A stretch of 64,000 nucleotides of DNA from Anthoceros angustus (taxonomy: Eukaryota > Plantae > Anthocerotophyta): NCBI GenBank assembly GCA_010909165.1, contig MU008150.1:248001-312000 (forward strand), given 5' to 3'. The notes under the pieces were generated by a model, which ran no database searches, had not been told where the DNA came from, and worked only from the letters and a program-made list of their open reading frames with translations. Below, in pieces: positions 13,657 to 27,105 of this stretch (position 1 is the stretch's first letter; each line of letters opens with the position of its first letter). The translations under genes were made by a program, and so were the position numbers.

Positions 13657-16119
13657 ATGGGGGAACAGCCGGAAAACTCAGCTGGCGCGAGCGGTGGGGA
13701 TCATGTCACCATCCATATCCGCTGTTCAAACGGAAACAAGTTCTTGGTCGAAGCCGTCCTGACTTCCACGGTGGGAGCGCTTAAAGTTTCACTGGTGGAG
13801 AAATCCGAGATACCAGTCGACCAGCAACGCCTCATCTACAAGGGCCGAGTGCTCAAGGATGACAATTCTCTAGAAAGCTATGGTATTCCGCCTCCCTCCA
13901 TTCATGTGCATTCTACCTACCTGAGGTGTGCGGAGCACAAACCCTAGGCTAATCCATAATCGTGCCTCCATAGTCGCGGCCATGGGAATGTCTTGCCTTC
14001 GCAGCTTCGCTGGGATGAGCAGTTTGTGGAGGCTGACTGGGGTTTGGGTGAAGTATGGATGGGGATTGTGCGGGAATTCAGAGTTGTTTGAATTTCCAGT
14101 TCCGGGTCAGGGCGGATCTGATGCTTCCGGGTATGTGTTCGTCTGACTTTTTTTTTCTCACTGTGCTCGGCGTCGCCAGGGTTGCAGCATGATCACACAG
14201 TCCATCTTGTTAGAGGAGCTCCGTCATCAGCGTCGGTTGCGGCGGCAGCTGCCACTCCGCCTGCTGCATTGCCAGGGTTAGCTGGAGCGTTTCCTGCAGC
14301 TGCGAGCCCGGGTTTGGGGGCAGCTGGCGGTTTGGAGGGCCTGCCATTTCTGGGACCAGGGGGAGCTACTGCTGCCGGTCTTGGACCTGAGTTTCAGCAT
14401 GTACAGCAGCAACTGATTCAGAATCCCAACTTGATGCGGGAGATGATGAACATGCCTGCAGTGCAAAATTTGATGAACAATCCCGAGATGATGCGTAGTT
14501 TGATTATGAGCAACCCGCAGATGAGGGACATAATTGACAGGAATCCTGACCTTGCACATATTTTGAATGATCCTGGCACTCTTCGCCAAACATTGGATGC
14601 TGCTAGAAATCCGGAGCTGATGAGGGAGATGATGAGGAACACAGACCGGGCTATGAGCAATATTGAAGCCTCTCCTGAAGGTTTCAACATGCTCAGGAGA
14701 ATGTACGAGACTGTCCAAGAGCCATTGATGAATGCTGCAGCTATGGGGAGTGATTCTGGTGGTGACACTGCAGCTAATCCGTTTGGAGGATTGTTGGGGT
14801 TACAGCAGTTGACGCTGAATCAGAATCCGCCTCCGGATTCGGCTGCGTCTCCCTTGGGTGCACCAAACTCTGCCTCCACAACCACGGCTCTCCCTAATAC
14901 TGCTCCTCTCCCGAATCCTTGGAATCCTCAACGTAAGTGTCAGCTGCGCTGCCCTTACATGCTTATCAAGAGTCAGGAGTGAGCCTCTTTTCCTGTATCT
15001 GAGGAATTCTTGTTTTCTTTTTCCAGGAGGTACAGGGGGTGCAAACACAACACCGCAGGGACTCGGAGGATCAACTCCTGCAAGTACAGGGTTTGGGTCA
15101 CTAGCGGGGCTCACTGGCTCTGGAGGTCTTGGTGGGTCTGGAACACCAGATTTGGGTGCGTTTGGTGGTTTGGGGTTTGGTTTGGATCCAAATGCAATGC
15201 AGCAGATGCTGCAGAACCCTGCATTTCAGCAGATGCTGCAGAACCCTGCAATCCAGCAGATGATGCAGGGTCTGCTCGCCAACCCACAGTCCATTATGCA
15301 GGTATTTGGAAATATTGGCCCTCCAGGTGGTGCTTTTCCTAGAGTTATCTTTCTGAGCTGTGACCCTCCATGTCCTAACCCTTTGGCTTGGATGTTTCTG
15401 TAGATGTTGAATATGCAGCCTCATTTACAGATGCTGCTAAATGCAAATCCCCAAATCCGAGAGATGATGCAGAGCCCTGATTTCGTGCGGCAAATCACTA
15501 GTCCAGAAAGTTTTCAGGTCTGTATACTTATGCCTGTTGCTTTCTCGGTGTGCTGTCGGTTCGGTGCTTCAGTTTAGCCTGACGCTCTTTTCTTTCGGCA
15601 GCAAATGTTTCAGCAGGCTGCTCTCGGTCAGATTCCAGGGAGGCCACAAGCAGACCAGTGAGTATCAACAAGATTGTCGATGGCAGTAAGGACCTGTTTG
15701 TGGGAATCCCACGTATGGTTGCTGTTGTATGTGAGCAGTAAACTTGTTATGTATTGTGCAGAACACCAGCTCAGGGTGGAGCTCCTGGCAGCGTTCCTGT
15801 TCTTGATTTGAACTCATTGTACAGCATGTGGGGTGGGCTTGGAGGTGGTTTCCCATTGGACTCTGCCGGAGGTAGGTCTGCAAGCAAGTACCTCCTTAAT
15901 CTGAGTGTACTACAATTGGAGTCATTTCGTGACGTCTCATGAGCTGCTGGTTTGGCAGCAAATGTGCCTCCTCCAAACGCGGAACAAGTGTTTGCCCAAC
16001 AGCTCTCCCAACTGCAAGAAATGGGGTTTTTTGACCAGCAGACCAACATCCGGGCTTTGACTGCGAGCGGGGGCGATGTCCAGGCGGCCGTGGAATGGTT
16101 GCTGAGAAATCAAATCTAA
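13657..16119 (+). CDS. DSK2: Ubiquilin / ubiquitin receptor DSK2 homolog (UBL-STI1-UBA)
   Basis: N-terminal UBL ([13 protein letters not shown]...[21 protein letters not shown]|[12 protein letters not shown]), STI1 repeats ([22 protein letters not shown]...[30 protein letters not shown]) and a C-terminal UBA ([38 protein letters not shown]). ATG 13657, TAA 16117-16119. Confidence 0.95.
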
Positions 16120-16580
16120 CAGCTGACTAACAGAATGGGCACGATTCGGGTGACGGCTCTATTACCCCTCCCGCTTATCCGCTTCTATACCAGGTCATGT
16201 ATGTAGCTGGTTTTGGCTTGCTGGGCGATTGTGTATATCACAGCTGTGGCTCTTCTCTCCGGGACATTCTCAGCGTTATAAAACATACAGTAGCTTGCAT
16301 TTATGAGTGGACGCTCACACAGCGTCCACTCTGCTTCCCTTCTCGCCACTAAGAAGGATAAAAAACCAGAAGATGCAGCAGATCTTGTTCTTGGTAGACT
16401 TGCCGTCGTTTGCTTTATGAGTCCTTATCAGCTCCCTCTTTAGCAGGACTTGATGCAGCCTATTCCCAGAAGCTGTGGATTTGTTACTAATTGGGGACCA
16501 TTTTCCGCCGACAGGATGGGTCTAATACGTATCTCAATCCGGGGAAGATAAACGATGAACTCCAAGGCAGTCCTACAGAG

Positions 16581-16720
16581 CATCGGTGCATGGGTGGAAC
16601 ATCACTGTCCTGTGTTTGGGCTACATCAAACTCCTAACACTCTTTCACCGCATCAGTGCACGGATGGAACATCACTGTCCTGAGTTTGGCCTACATAAAA
16701 CCCCCAACACTCATCGGTGA
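16581..16720. repeat. Imperfect 70-bp tandem repeat (2 copies)
   Basis: catcggtgcatgggtggaacatcactgtcctgtgtttgggctacatcaaactcctaacactc at 16581 recurs with substitutions at 16651. Confidence 0.85.
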
Positions 16721-17687
16721 AAGAGTGGAGACTTCATAGATATGAAGAAATGGGAAGGAACGCAGAAACTTCATAGATAGATGCCGGGTGGGGAACAACC
16801 CACTGAAGGGCCTTAGGCCATGGGACTAGTCCCGCGATTGTTTACCCTGAAATTACCTCCAAGGTGTCATACTTTACCTTGAAATTATCTATTGTCCCAA
16901 GACGTAATCGAGAATAAAAAAGGGCATAATTACCACGGGAGCTGAAGATGCCGGCCTGAAAATCGGGCCGAAACAGAGCCAGCACATGGCATAGAGGAGA
17001 CCTACCCCTTTCTTACGGCTGTGGCAGGCCATGTAAGCTGAAACTGTTAAGGCACTTTGGTGACGAATTAAGCACAGTTATTAGTAGGTCTGTAAATGCC
17101 AGAAATGCAGGGTAAGGGACTTGTGTCTTACCATAACTTGTAGGCTCCGGCGTCCCATCAGACTCCCAAGTGGTCCGTGATTCAGCCCCAGCCCTGGACT
17201 GTACAGACACGTCGCTATCGCCGGCAACTTGCCGGGCGTAAAACCCACGGGTGCATTCCTTGACATGTCACACCATAAGTGTCGTCTTGTACCGCCACCA
17301 TTACGCAACTAATCCACGATTCACTCACAAGACGTGAGCAAGTCCATAATTCTGGTGCTGCTGTCCTTGAGAGCAACTCGTGTCCGAGTGAGTGGAATGC
17401 ACGCCAGACTGTTCAAATGTGAGGGGATCAAGATCTGCAAAGAACGTGGAATCGCATGCACCATGGCTGCCGCAGATGGAAGGCTGTAGGATAATTCCCT
17501 TCTCGTAAGCGCAAATTGAGGTCGGTTCTTTCCAAGTTGAAGCGTGAAGCTGCAGTCAAGGCATGCGAGGTGCACCGCGCCAGAGTTGCTTCTTAATTGG
17601 ACAATGTGGTGCTTACAGGTGGAAACATTACATAATCCGTTGGAGGTTTCACATTCGGCACGAATTCGGGAGCAGCCGGCTTGCAGG

Positions 17688-20600
17688 ATGATGAACTTCA
17701 AGGCTCTGGTGATCGCGATCCTGTTGACGCTGAATTTCAGCCGAGGAGATGACAATTCTTCCCCACCTCCAACGAACACGATGAAGAAAGGCCTGCAGGT
17801 CACCTACGACAGACGTGCTCTTGTCATTGATGGCCAGCGCAGGATACTCAACTCTGGCTCCATCCACTATCCCCGCAGCACTCCGGAGGTCAGTTTCGGA
17901 ATTGCATGCATATGGCTCTCACGCGCATTCAGAGACACAGCCAATTCAATCTTCAGTTGTTTCCGAGTCCGTTCTACACTTGTCCCTGCCGAAGTTTTCG
18001 AAGTGTGCATGGACTATGATGTGCCTATTTGTGACAGATGTGGCCGGGTTTGATTTCGAGGGCTAAAGATGGAGGGCTGGACGTCATTCAGACTTATGTG
18101 TTCTGGTCTGGCCACGAACATTATCGGGGACAGGTAGAAATCCTGGTTTGGCCACTGGTGTGCATTGCTATCTGCTTTGGTGACGTGCTCACGTGCTTAC
18201 AGCGTTCTGCCGTTGCCACACAGTACCATTTCCGGGGCCGATACGATTTAGTTCAATTCATCAAGCTGGTCCAGGACGCCGGGCTGTATGTCAACCTCCG
18301 CATTGGTCCATATGTCTGTGCAGAGTGGAACTTCGGGTATGGAAATCTCAGGTTATGCTGATTTGCAAGGCGTGTCTTGATTTTCAAATGTGGATCACTT
18401 TCTTGATCGTTTACTCAGAGGCTTTCCAGCTTGGCTAAACGAAATTCCTGGTATCGCATTCCGGACAGACAATCAACCGTTTGAGGTACATCCCTGGAGT
18501 CCAGACCGACTGATTTCTGTTTGATAAGTCGAGCGTTCTCTGAAACTAGACTGTGTCTGACTCCACGGAATCGATGTCCTTGCCAGGATGAGATGCAACG
18601 CTTTGTCCAGGAGATAGTGAGTTTGATGCGAAAAAACAACCTCTTCGCTGAGCAAGGAGGACCAATAATCCTGGCTCAGGTGTGTTGTGTTGTCTGTGTT
18701 GGTTTACTTCTTTTTTAGAAAAGTCTGCTGGTCTACGCGTATGCTCATAGATTCCTGAAGGACGTGTTTGAATCTTGCAAATGAATCTTGCAGATCGAAA
18801 ATGAGTATGGCAACATACAGAGTGCGTTTGGAGATGCTGGGCACAGGTATATGGAATGGGCAGCGGCCTTGGTGACAACTTTGAACACCACAATTCCGTG
18901 GATTATGTGCCAACAAGACGATGCTCCAGCAAACATTGTAAGGATCTGCTGTTTGTTCGCTGCTCTCCCAACTTCACTTCGTTGGGTGTGAAGAGCAGGA
19001 GTCCAGGTTGGACTGATGTATATGTTTGCATTGCAGATAAATACATGCAATGGATTCTACTGTGATGATTTTGAACCATCTGATAGCAACAAACCTAAGA
19101 TGTGGACCGAGAACTGGACAGGCTGGTATGTTGCTCAATCGTTCTGTTTGGTGAAATTGCCTCCTGATATGGCGGAAAAGAACTGTAGCGGCATCAGTGG
19201 TTTTGATACCGTTTTCAGGTTTCATCTTTGGCAAGGCTCGAGACCTCGTCGTCCAGTTCGGGATGTCGCTTTTGCTGTGGCACGGTTTTTCCAACGAGGC
19301 GGCAGCTTTCAGAACTACTACATGGTACTGGGCTCACCATAGTGTCTTTGACCTAGGATGAGGGACGGTGACTGCTCTGTTGAAGTTGACGCGGGCCTAA
19401 GAAGCGCCTGCTGCTTAATTTGAGCAGTACCATGGTGGAACAAACTTCGCACGGTCATCCGGAGGCCCATTTATCACGACAAGTTATGACTATGATGCCC
19501 CTATAGATGAATACGGTGAGCTCCTGTACAGGACAAGTTTGCTCGATCTCGTGAAACATGCAGCTGACAGATACGATGCTTGTAGGATACGAGAGACACC
19601 CCAAATGGGGTCACTTAAGGGAGCTTCATTTAGCGATCAGAATGATCGAGCCTGCCCTGGTTGCAAGTGATTCCTTGTCTCTTTACTTGTCACTCTCCGA
19701 CTCTGGCGAGCAAGAGGTAGGCACTGCATGCAGAAATGCTGAGTAGGGGGCAACGTGTTTGCGAATCGATGGCAACTGATACATGCCGGTTTCATAAACG
19801 TGCAGGCCTATGTGTACTCGGATGTTCAGAATGCTACATCTGTGGAACAGATACTTCGAGATGGAACCCTATGTGCAGCATTTTTATCGAACACAAACAC
19901 CTCTTATGCGACAGTTTCCTTTAATGGCCACGCCTACGATTTGCCCGGGTGGTCTGTCAGCATCCTCCCTGACTGCCGGACTTCTGTGTACAACACAGCA
20001 AAGGTATGGTCCTCATATGCATGGGTGTACAGTCGTTGAAGCCCAAAGAAGATACATCCTCAACAGTGTTTTGCTGTGTTTGAACAGATCACAGCAATGT
20101 CTTCCTTGATGAAATTCAATACCGTTTGGTCTTCATCGGGATGGGCCTCGTACCAGGAGCCCACGGGTGTATCACTGGGCTCAGCATTCTCCCATGCTGG
20201 CTTACTAGAGCAGATTCGTACCACACATGACCTGACAGATTATTTGTGGTACACAACCAGGTCGGTAGAGTGTACGCTGCTGTCGATCAAAACATAAAGT
20301 GCTTCTGGCGAACCTATCGAGCTGCTTGAATATGTAGTGTGGACATTCGCCAGGCTAAATTTGCCTCCTAACATGCAGTCTGCAGATCTCAGAAACCGAG
20401 TTTAGCGCTCTTGGGTCAAGTCAGGCCTCCATTTCTATTACATCCCTCAGGGATGGAGTTTATATCTTTGTGAATTCGGAACTGCAAGGTTGGTTGGGTA
20501 TGACAACTTCTTGTGCTATGCAGTATTGACCAGCATGCCCCTCCTAATGTGTGAAGCTGTCAGGAGGGAGAATAGGAAACGGTTCAAGTTTGATATTCGA

Positions 20601-22149
20601 TCTGGAGCAGGCTGTTACCCTACGGGCTGGGATCAATGATATTGCACTGCTTTGCTTCACTGTAGGCCTCCAGGTATGGATCACTTGGATGTCTTTCTCG
20701 TGGATGTCTAGTCTTAATCCGTCCAGTCTCCAAGATTCGTTCCATGTAGTGCATGCGTTTTGGAAGTACGTGAGGCATGGACATAATGTTTTAGTTCCTG
20801 CCCATGTTTCATTCATCACGTGAAAAGAACTACGGTGCAAGATTTGAGGCATTTGGAGCAGGAATTCGAGGCAATGTTACATTAAGAGGTCTTCCTTCTG
20901 GAGAAAGAGATATTGGTGCTGGTAATTGGACCTATCAGGTGACGGATTTTTCCACCCTAGAATCTTGCGTCTTATTTAATCTCCTGCTTATCTGTGACAG
21001 TCCTATAATCAGAGAGATGATATGTAAGCATGGTGTTTTGGTCTATTTTCCAGGTTGGCTTGCAAGGTGAAAGCTGGGAACTTTTTAATCACACTGTCTC
21101 TCCATCTGTCTCATGGAGCTCAGTAATCCCGTCAAGCAATCAGTCTTTGGTGTGGTACAAGGTAAAATTCCCGAAAGCCAACACAAGTGACCAATCATAA
21201 AGCTGACACTCTAAAAGAGTTCTTTTGGCAAGCTGTAGACGCTAGGAGTTGGAAAATCATGCCTTCTGACAAGTGAAGGACTGACAGACTACTTTCAAAG
21301 CTCCACCTGGACAACACGCATTAGCTCTCGACCTGAGCAGCATGGGAAAGGGGCAAGCTTGGATCAACGGTTTTCACATAGGGCGGTACTGGGCTACCGC
21401 TCTCGGTCCTGCAACCGGTTGCTCTCCAGATTGCAATTGGCGAGGACGATACGATCCAAGCAAATGCGCATATGGTTGTGGAAGACCTTCGCAACTTTTG
21501 TAAGTTTGACCTTCTCCCCAAGAAATCCATCTCATGTCCCTGCATTTCACCTTCCGTGGCAGAAGTTTCTGAAACGCTGTTTGATGGGTTCAGGTATCAT
21601 GTTCCTAGATCGTATATTTTTGAAGCAAATGATAATTTGCTGGTTCTGTTCGAAGAAACGAGAGGCAACGTTTCTGGAGTTACACTGCGTACCTTCACTC
21701 CGTCTACAGTCTGTGCGCATGTCAGAGAGTCCGATCCACCCCCTATTGAGGCGTGGGCTCCATTCCAAGAAATTAGTCCATTGCCTCAGGCACGACTGCG
21801 ATGCCCCGAGGGGCAAGTCATCTCAGGTATCAAGTTTGCTAGTTACGGCAACGCCCAAGGTCGGTGCGGAAAGTTTCAACTAGGGACTTGCCACGTCGCA
21901 ACCTCAACGGAAACGGTCAGTCAGGTAGGATCTCGTCTTTGGTTGGCTCGTTCCATGTTTGTGAACGGCAAGTTTCTTTTGGTCAATGCTGGCATTGCGG
22001 GATCTTGTATGTAGGCATGTACTGGGAAGAGTTCGTGCGCACTTCGGGTCGATTGGCGGCAATTCGACGCTGTCGACCCATGCCCTGGAACAGCGAAGAG
22101 CTTGGCAGTGGAAGCAGAGTGCACACCCCCATCCTCTCAGCAAACATGA
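17688..22149 (+). CDS. BGAL: Beta-galactosidase, glycoside hydrolase family 35, with C-terminal galactose-binding (SUEL) lectin domain; many exons
   Basis: Signal peptide, then [59 protein letters not shown] (acid/base Glu), [11 protein letters not shown] (nucleophile Glu), GGSFQNYYM|[20 protein letters not shown] and [10 protein letters not shown]. Lectin domain [25 protein letters not shown]...[16 protein letters not shown]; TGA at 22147-22149. Confidence 0.96.
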
Positions 22150-22595
22150 GGCACTGCAACGGACAAACCCAGATTCCCCAACACGCAACAATCCATACAA
22201 ACGTTCTGCAGATAGCCTACAGCTGATCATGCTGTGCCCAAGGTGCATTGGGTTAGTCTCCGACTACCCTTATGCACAGCACTTATGAACATTAGCTAGG
22301 TGTCTCCCTTCTTGTCCATCCTCTTTGTAGGTTAGGACTGGAATGGGAAGATGGATTCTCTACGATGCCTTCACCATCCCTTGACACTGAAGTACTGAGA
22401 GTAGGATTGTGCTCCTCTCCAGTGATGTAAAGCTGCCCGGTTTTCCGTGGATGCCCCTGGATTGGACCTGGACTCTTTGAGCACAACCTGGCACAAGACG
22501 ACAAGGAAGGTAATGCTGTGAGAGCAGGCTTGAATGGAAAATTGAATGCATCTGAAGTGGTGGTGTGGGCCAAGGCTTACGAGTATAGGGATGAA

Positions 22596-25500
22596 TCACA
22601 CTTCCCACCAATTGCAAGGCAAGCCTCCTGATCTGCTGTCGACGAGCTCGAACTGGCTTGAGCTGGACTGATCTGCTGATTGTGGGAGGAGCCCTGGGAC
22701 AAAGTCCGGTTCCGGCTCCACTTTGGCGGCTTGGTAGGTGAGCTGCTGGAAAGGATGGTGATGAGCGAAAGCCTGCGGCTGCGGCTGAGGCTGAGTCTGC
22801 GCCTGCATTGTTGGTACCTGGGGCCGGTGGAGAGGTTCAGTACTAGGCTGGCCGCCATTGGCATCGCCACCAGCTGCAGGGGGCACGTGAAATATGCTAA
22901 CGTTGCTCATGCTGCCAGCGGCAGGTTGGGGTGAGGCATAGTCTGTAACTGTTCGGCTCACTGCAGTGACTGCACCCATGTTCAAGGGCAGCCCATGGCC
23001 AGCTTGGGACATGCTGGGAATGACCAGCTTGGCCAGATTGTTGAGATGGCTGCTCTTCATGAACTGGTAAGTGCTGCTCAGCAATGGCCCGTGCGCATGC
23101 CCAACAGGCCGAGGGCCAGCGTAACCACCTGCAACGCTAACATGCACACCCGTAGAAGCTGGACTAGGCTCAACAACATTCATGGAAAAGCCTGAAAGCT
23201 CTCTCCTCATACCAGGGACCATGTTGGTAGGTTCGCTCAAGGAAGGTGCAGAGGGCCCATCACAGGGTGGTGCTATCTCGAGCGTCGGCGGGGGCCCGGG
23301 CGTGGCCTGGCCCAGGCCTATGGGACACAGATTCAACTGACACAGATTCTGGTTCACTTGGTGGAGAGATGGGGAAGACAGGTTCCTCCTAAGTCCTCGC
23401 AATTGCAGGGCTCGGGCTGATGCAGCAGGGTCAGCGAAGGAGAAGAGGCAGTTGTCAGCGGACACCACTCTGCTGGGCACACCAACACCTGGTCCACTAG
23501 TACTGGCCTGATTGACAGTAGCGGAGACCGAACCGGGTGTTAGGTCATGAGGAGTGTCGGCCTGCAGCTGCGAATGATGGATGTGGTCCGTCTGGCTGTT
23601 GTGACATGCATAAGGGACATGGACGTGGTGGTGAGCTTCAGTGCTAGTGGCGTTAGCTGCAAGCAAATGCTGACCTGGTCCAGAGCTGGTAGCATCCAAG
23701 GCCTCCAGCGGTACCGGGTTGGCCATGGGCGGCTGATCTGCAGGAATGGAATCCAAGGTGGGCATGGCATTGGCGGATTCAGGAACACATGGAGGAAAAG
23801 TAGTGGCACTGATGACACTTGTCTCACCCGCAGTCACATTAGTGACAGACAGGGCAGGCAAGTCGACTGCAGCAACGAGCTGTATGTCTTGGGCCGTGGG
23901 CTGCTGGCCATGGGGAGTCTTTGACAGAGAGGTGGTGGAGACCATGGAGGAGTCGCTGGGAGAAGAGACCTTGATGACCGGACTGGAAACCTGGGACATG
24001 TCATAGCCCATCATGGAGGTGTTGTCCGCCAGTGTAGCCATAGTTCCAACTTCCCCCGAGTGCCCTGTTGCGCAGGTTGTTGAACCCTCCGTGAGGGCCA
24101 TCCCAGTCTCATCTGCAGAATTGGCCGGAGACAGTGCGAATCCGGATGATCCCGGGCCCCCGGGCCCGAGCTGCAAAAAGGATTCCCCTTTTCCTGATTC
24201 AGCGGCACGCGATTGCGCATGCGCAGCAGGAGCAACATCAACAGGCGTGGCTTCATCTTCGTCTGCTGTGTTGCGCAGTCCAACATGGTGAAATCCAGTA
24301 GCAGACCGCGGTTGTAATCGGCCAGTAGAGGTGGAAGTACCGGACATAGGTGCAGGAGAGGCCTGCATCTCCTCCACCTTAAGCCTGCTGGTGTGCTGCA
24401 TGCCAATGTCGTCCCCGTCGGGCCTCGGGCCCGGGGGCTCGAATGCTTGCAGCTTTGTTGTGAGAAGTTGCACCTGCAAGAAAGATTTTGGAAGGAAGGA
24501 AGGAAGGGAGGGAGGGAGGGAGGGAGGAGTGTGAGTCCCGACTTCAGCTGGTCAAGAGGACGACGTGCGAGGTGAGGTGAGGTAGGTAGGGTGGCAAGTG
24601 CACTGTAAAGGCGTAGGATGGATACCTGCGACTGGAGATTGTCGCGCTCAAACATGAGGGTGTCGTACTCCAGCTTGAGCTGATCGTAGTCCTTCTCCAG
24701 TTGCTTGTTTTTCCAGCGGGCTCGACGGTTCTGGAACCAGACTGCAACCTGGCGCGGCTGTAGGCCCAGGTCGTGCGCAAGCTGCATTTTGCGTTCCGGC
24801 TCCAGCTTGTTCTCCTTGTCGAAATTGGACTCGAGGGCTCGCAGCTGCTGCACGGTGAGCCTCCGTTTCTTCTCCACATGAGTGCAGTCGACTATGCAGG
24901 TATCCAGGTCGTCTGCAGCGTCGTCAGAGGCGTCGCTGAACATTGTGTAGAAAGAGCGCTTCATCGGGGACACGGTCGCACCTGTGGCTGTGCAGGTAGC
25001 GGCAGCGCATGCTAACGCTGCTCTGGATCCGGATCCAGATCCCCTGTTGTTGTTGTTGTTGAGGTGGAAGTAGAGAGCTGCCGCTGCCGCTTCATCCGCC
25101 ACTACGGCACGGGCCAAGTCCGGGCCTCCCATAGCTAGGTGTGGGCCAACTTCTCTGGAATTAGGTGCAGCAGCAGGTGGAGGGGGATCGGGCAGTGGAA
25201 GCACCTGGAGCGCTACCTCACCCGGGCCCGTTTCCAGCACGCCTCCCCCCAGCTGGTGCCCGTTGTGGGCATGATTCGCGATCGGATTGGCAATATTCAG
25301 CGGTAGCAGCCCATGGCCGTGGCCGTGGCCGTGGCTGTGCCCCTGGTGGACGCTCCACGTTCCGGACTGGTTGCTCCATTGCAGGTGATCTGCCAACATC
25401 GATCACAGCAAGCTTATAACAAGGGATCCGGAACAAGACGCTGCACCTCTCCTCTAGACACGCAATTGTAGGACACCGTTGTGTCGCTCTTATCCCGGAC

Positions 25501-26131
25501 TTATAAGCTACAGTACAGACCGGAATGAGGAGCTTCAAATCAACGCGTTGCATTGCATTGGTGGCACGCAATGACAAGACAAGGCAAGGCAACTCCAGAC
25601 AAGGCAAGTAGCTGGAAGGTACCTTTGAGCGAGGAAGCAGAGCAGCCGGAAGCAAGGTCAATCATGGCGAGCATTCGCGATGGGTGACTAGCAGGCCTGA
25701 CGGATGAAGTGGTAGAAGCGGGCATGTCATTTCCTATCATGAGCATCTTCCCGACGTGCTCATCGCTGCTCGTGTCCCGGGCCCGTTCCATAACATGCTG
25801 GAACTGGTTCAGGAGCTCATCCACCACACTTGCGATTTCCAATCCTGGACCATGGCCAGGTCCGTATCTGCAGGCCTAGGGGAGGATCCGTCTCCGGAGC
25901 CGCGCGCGGCTAGTCGATGGCAAGTTCAAGTCACTCCACACAGATTGCTATCCACATCACCATTGCTCCAAACAACCGGCTGCAAACTCCACTTGCAGAT
26001 GTGGGCAGCAGTGGTGGTACCGGAGGCAAGCTCAAGGCGGCGCCAGCCGCCAGGGGCAACCAGGACGGTAACGCGTGCCTCATCACACCCCATGGTCACT
26101 CGCCTTCAAGCTCTCCTCCGGATCCACCCAT
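22596..26131 (-). CDS. Class I homeodomain-leucine zipper (HD-Zip I) transcription factor with very long N- and C-terminal extensions
   Basis: Homeodomain [63 protein letters not shown] followed by a zipper; upstream KRSFY..DDLD motif. Intron 24625-24474 (GT-AG), then a ~626-codon last exon ending in an AHA-like PCNWWEV*. The 5' end is uncertain: ATG 25399 in the homeodomain exon, but in-frame splices (AAAG|gtacc...ggcag|AT at ~25620/25391 and GA|gtgacc...ctgcag|A) extend the frame to ATG 26131 or 26263. Confidence 0.9.
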
Positions 26132-26599
26132 GTAGTCCCCTCCGGATCCCCGTGAGCGCCTGTTGCCTGTGGCCCAGCCACAACCGGCCCCCACCAATCG
26201 GCGTAACAAAGACACAACGGGCGCCCGGGCTCTAATTCTAAGCTTGTCAATCTCAAAGCTCATGATGAGGCTGCTTGGCCATACGATCTAGGCCACTCCG
26301 GATCCGCAGCCGGTGCCGCGTCATGACACGACGCGTACGCTAGGTAGCGCCAGCGCTAGCGCTGTGAAGTCACGGTGGCAACCGGCCGGTGGTGGTACAC
26401 TAGCTGTACTCACACCAGCTACGATTGCCATCGATCTAGACAGCGCTTTTGTAGATGTGTTCCACGATCCCGACCAGCTGGCCATGCCCCGGATCGACAT
26501 GCAGCACCGGTAGCAGGTGCAGGTGCAAGCGGGGCATTGTGATGCTGCTCCGGATCCACAAGCACAGGCGACGAAGCTACATATGTACTGTGATGGGCC

Positions 26600-27035
26600 G
26601 CGGGCAGCGACAACGACAACGACGACAACGACAACGACAACGACAGTGTGATGCGGAAGTTGGGACGAGTTTGAAACAAGCTGAAGGGCTGAAGGAAGGA
26701 AGGTTGCGAGAGAGTTGCGCGCCTGGGCCTGGGCCTGCGCCTGGGCCTGGGCCTGCGCCTGAGCCTGTGCCTGCCAAGTGAGAGTGTGTGGCGCTTCGCT
26801 CCTGTTCCTTCTGAGCACACCTTTTGGTGTGGTGGCTGCAGCGGTAGCCTGGGCATGAAGGTCAGGGTCATAATCAGGAGACGACAGGGGATCCGGATCC
26901 GGAGGAGAATCCGGTCATCACGTCTTGCTGCTGGCCTAGGCCTGCCAGGCGGTCAGAACTCATGAGTACACTGCTGATGCGCATTCTGCGCGCGCCGCGG
27001 CCTGGGCATGGGCCTGGGCCTGGGCCTGGGCCTGG

Positions 27036-27094
<59 letters not shown>

Positions 27095-27105
27095 CGCCTG
27101 CGTCT
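26600..27105. repeat. Cluster of hexamer microsatellites (acaacg)n, (cctggg)n, (cctgcg)n and (cctgtg)n upstream of the HD-Zip coding region
   Basis: Runs visible at ~26605-26645, 26720-26772 and 27001-27100. Confidence 0.9.

Noticed and set aside
16581-16720. 70-bp repeat as a regulatory RNA or CRISPR-like unit
   Set aside because: Only two diverged direct copies, with no spacer or hairpin evidence.
24618-24625. HD-Zip intron donor GTATCCAT as a U12-type intron
   Set aside because: Does not match the U12 consensus RTATCCTT, and no U12 branch point was seen.
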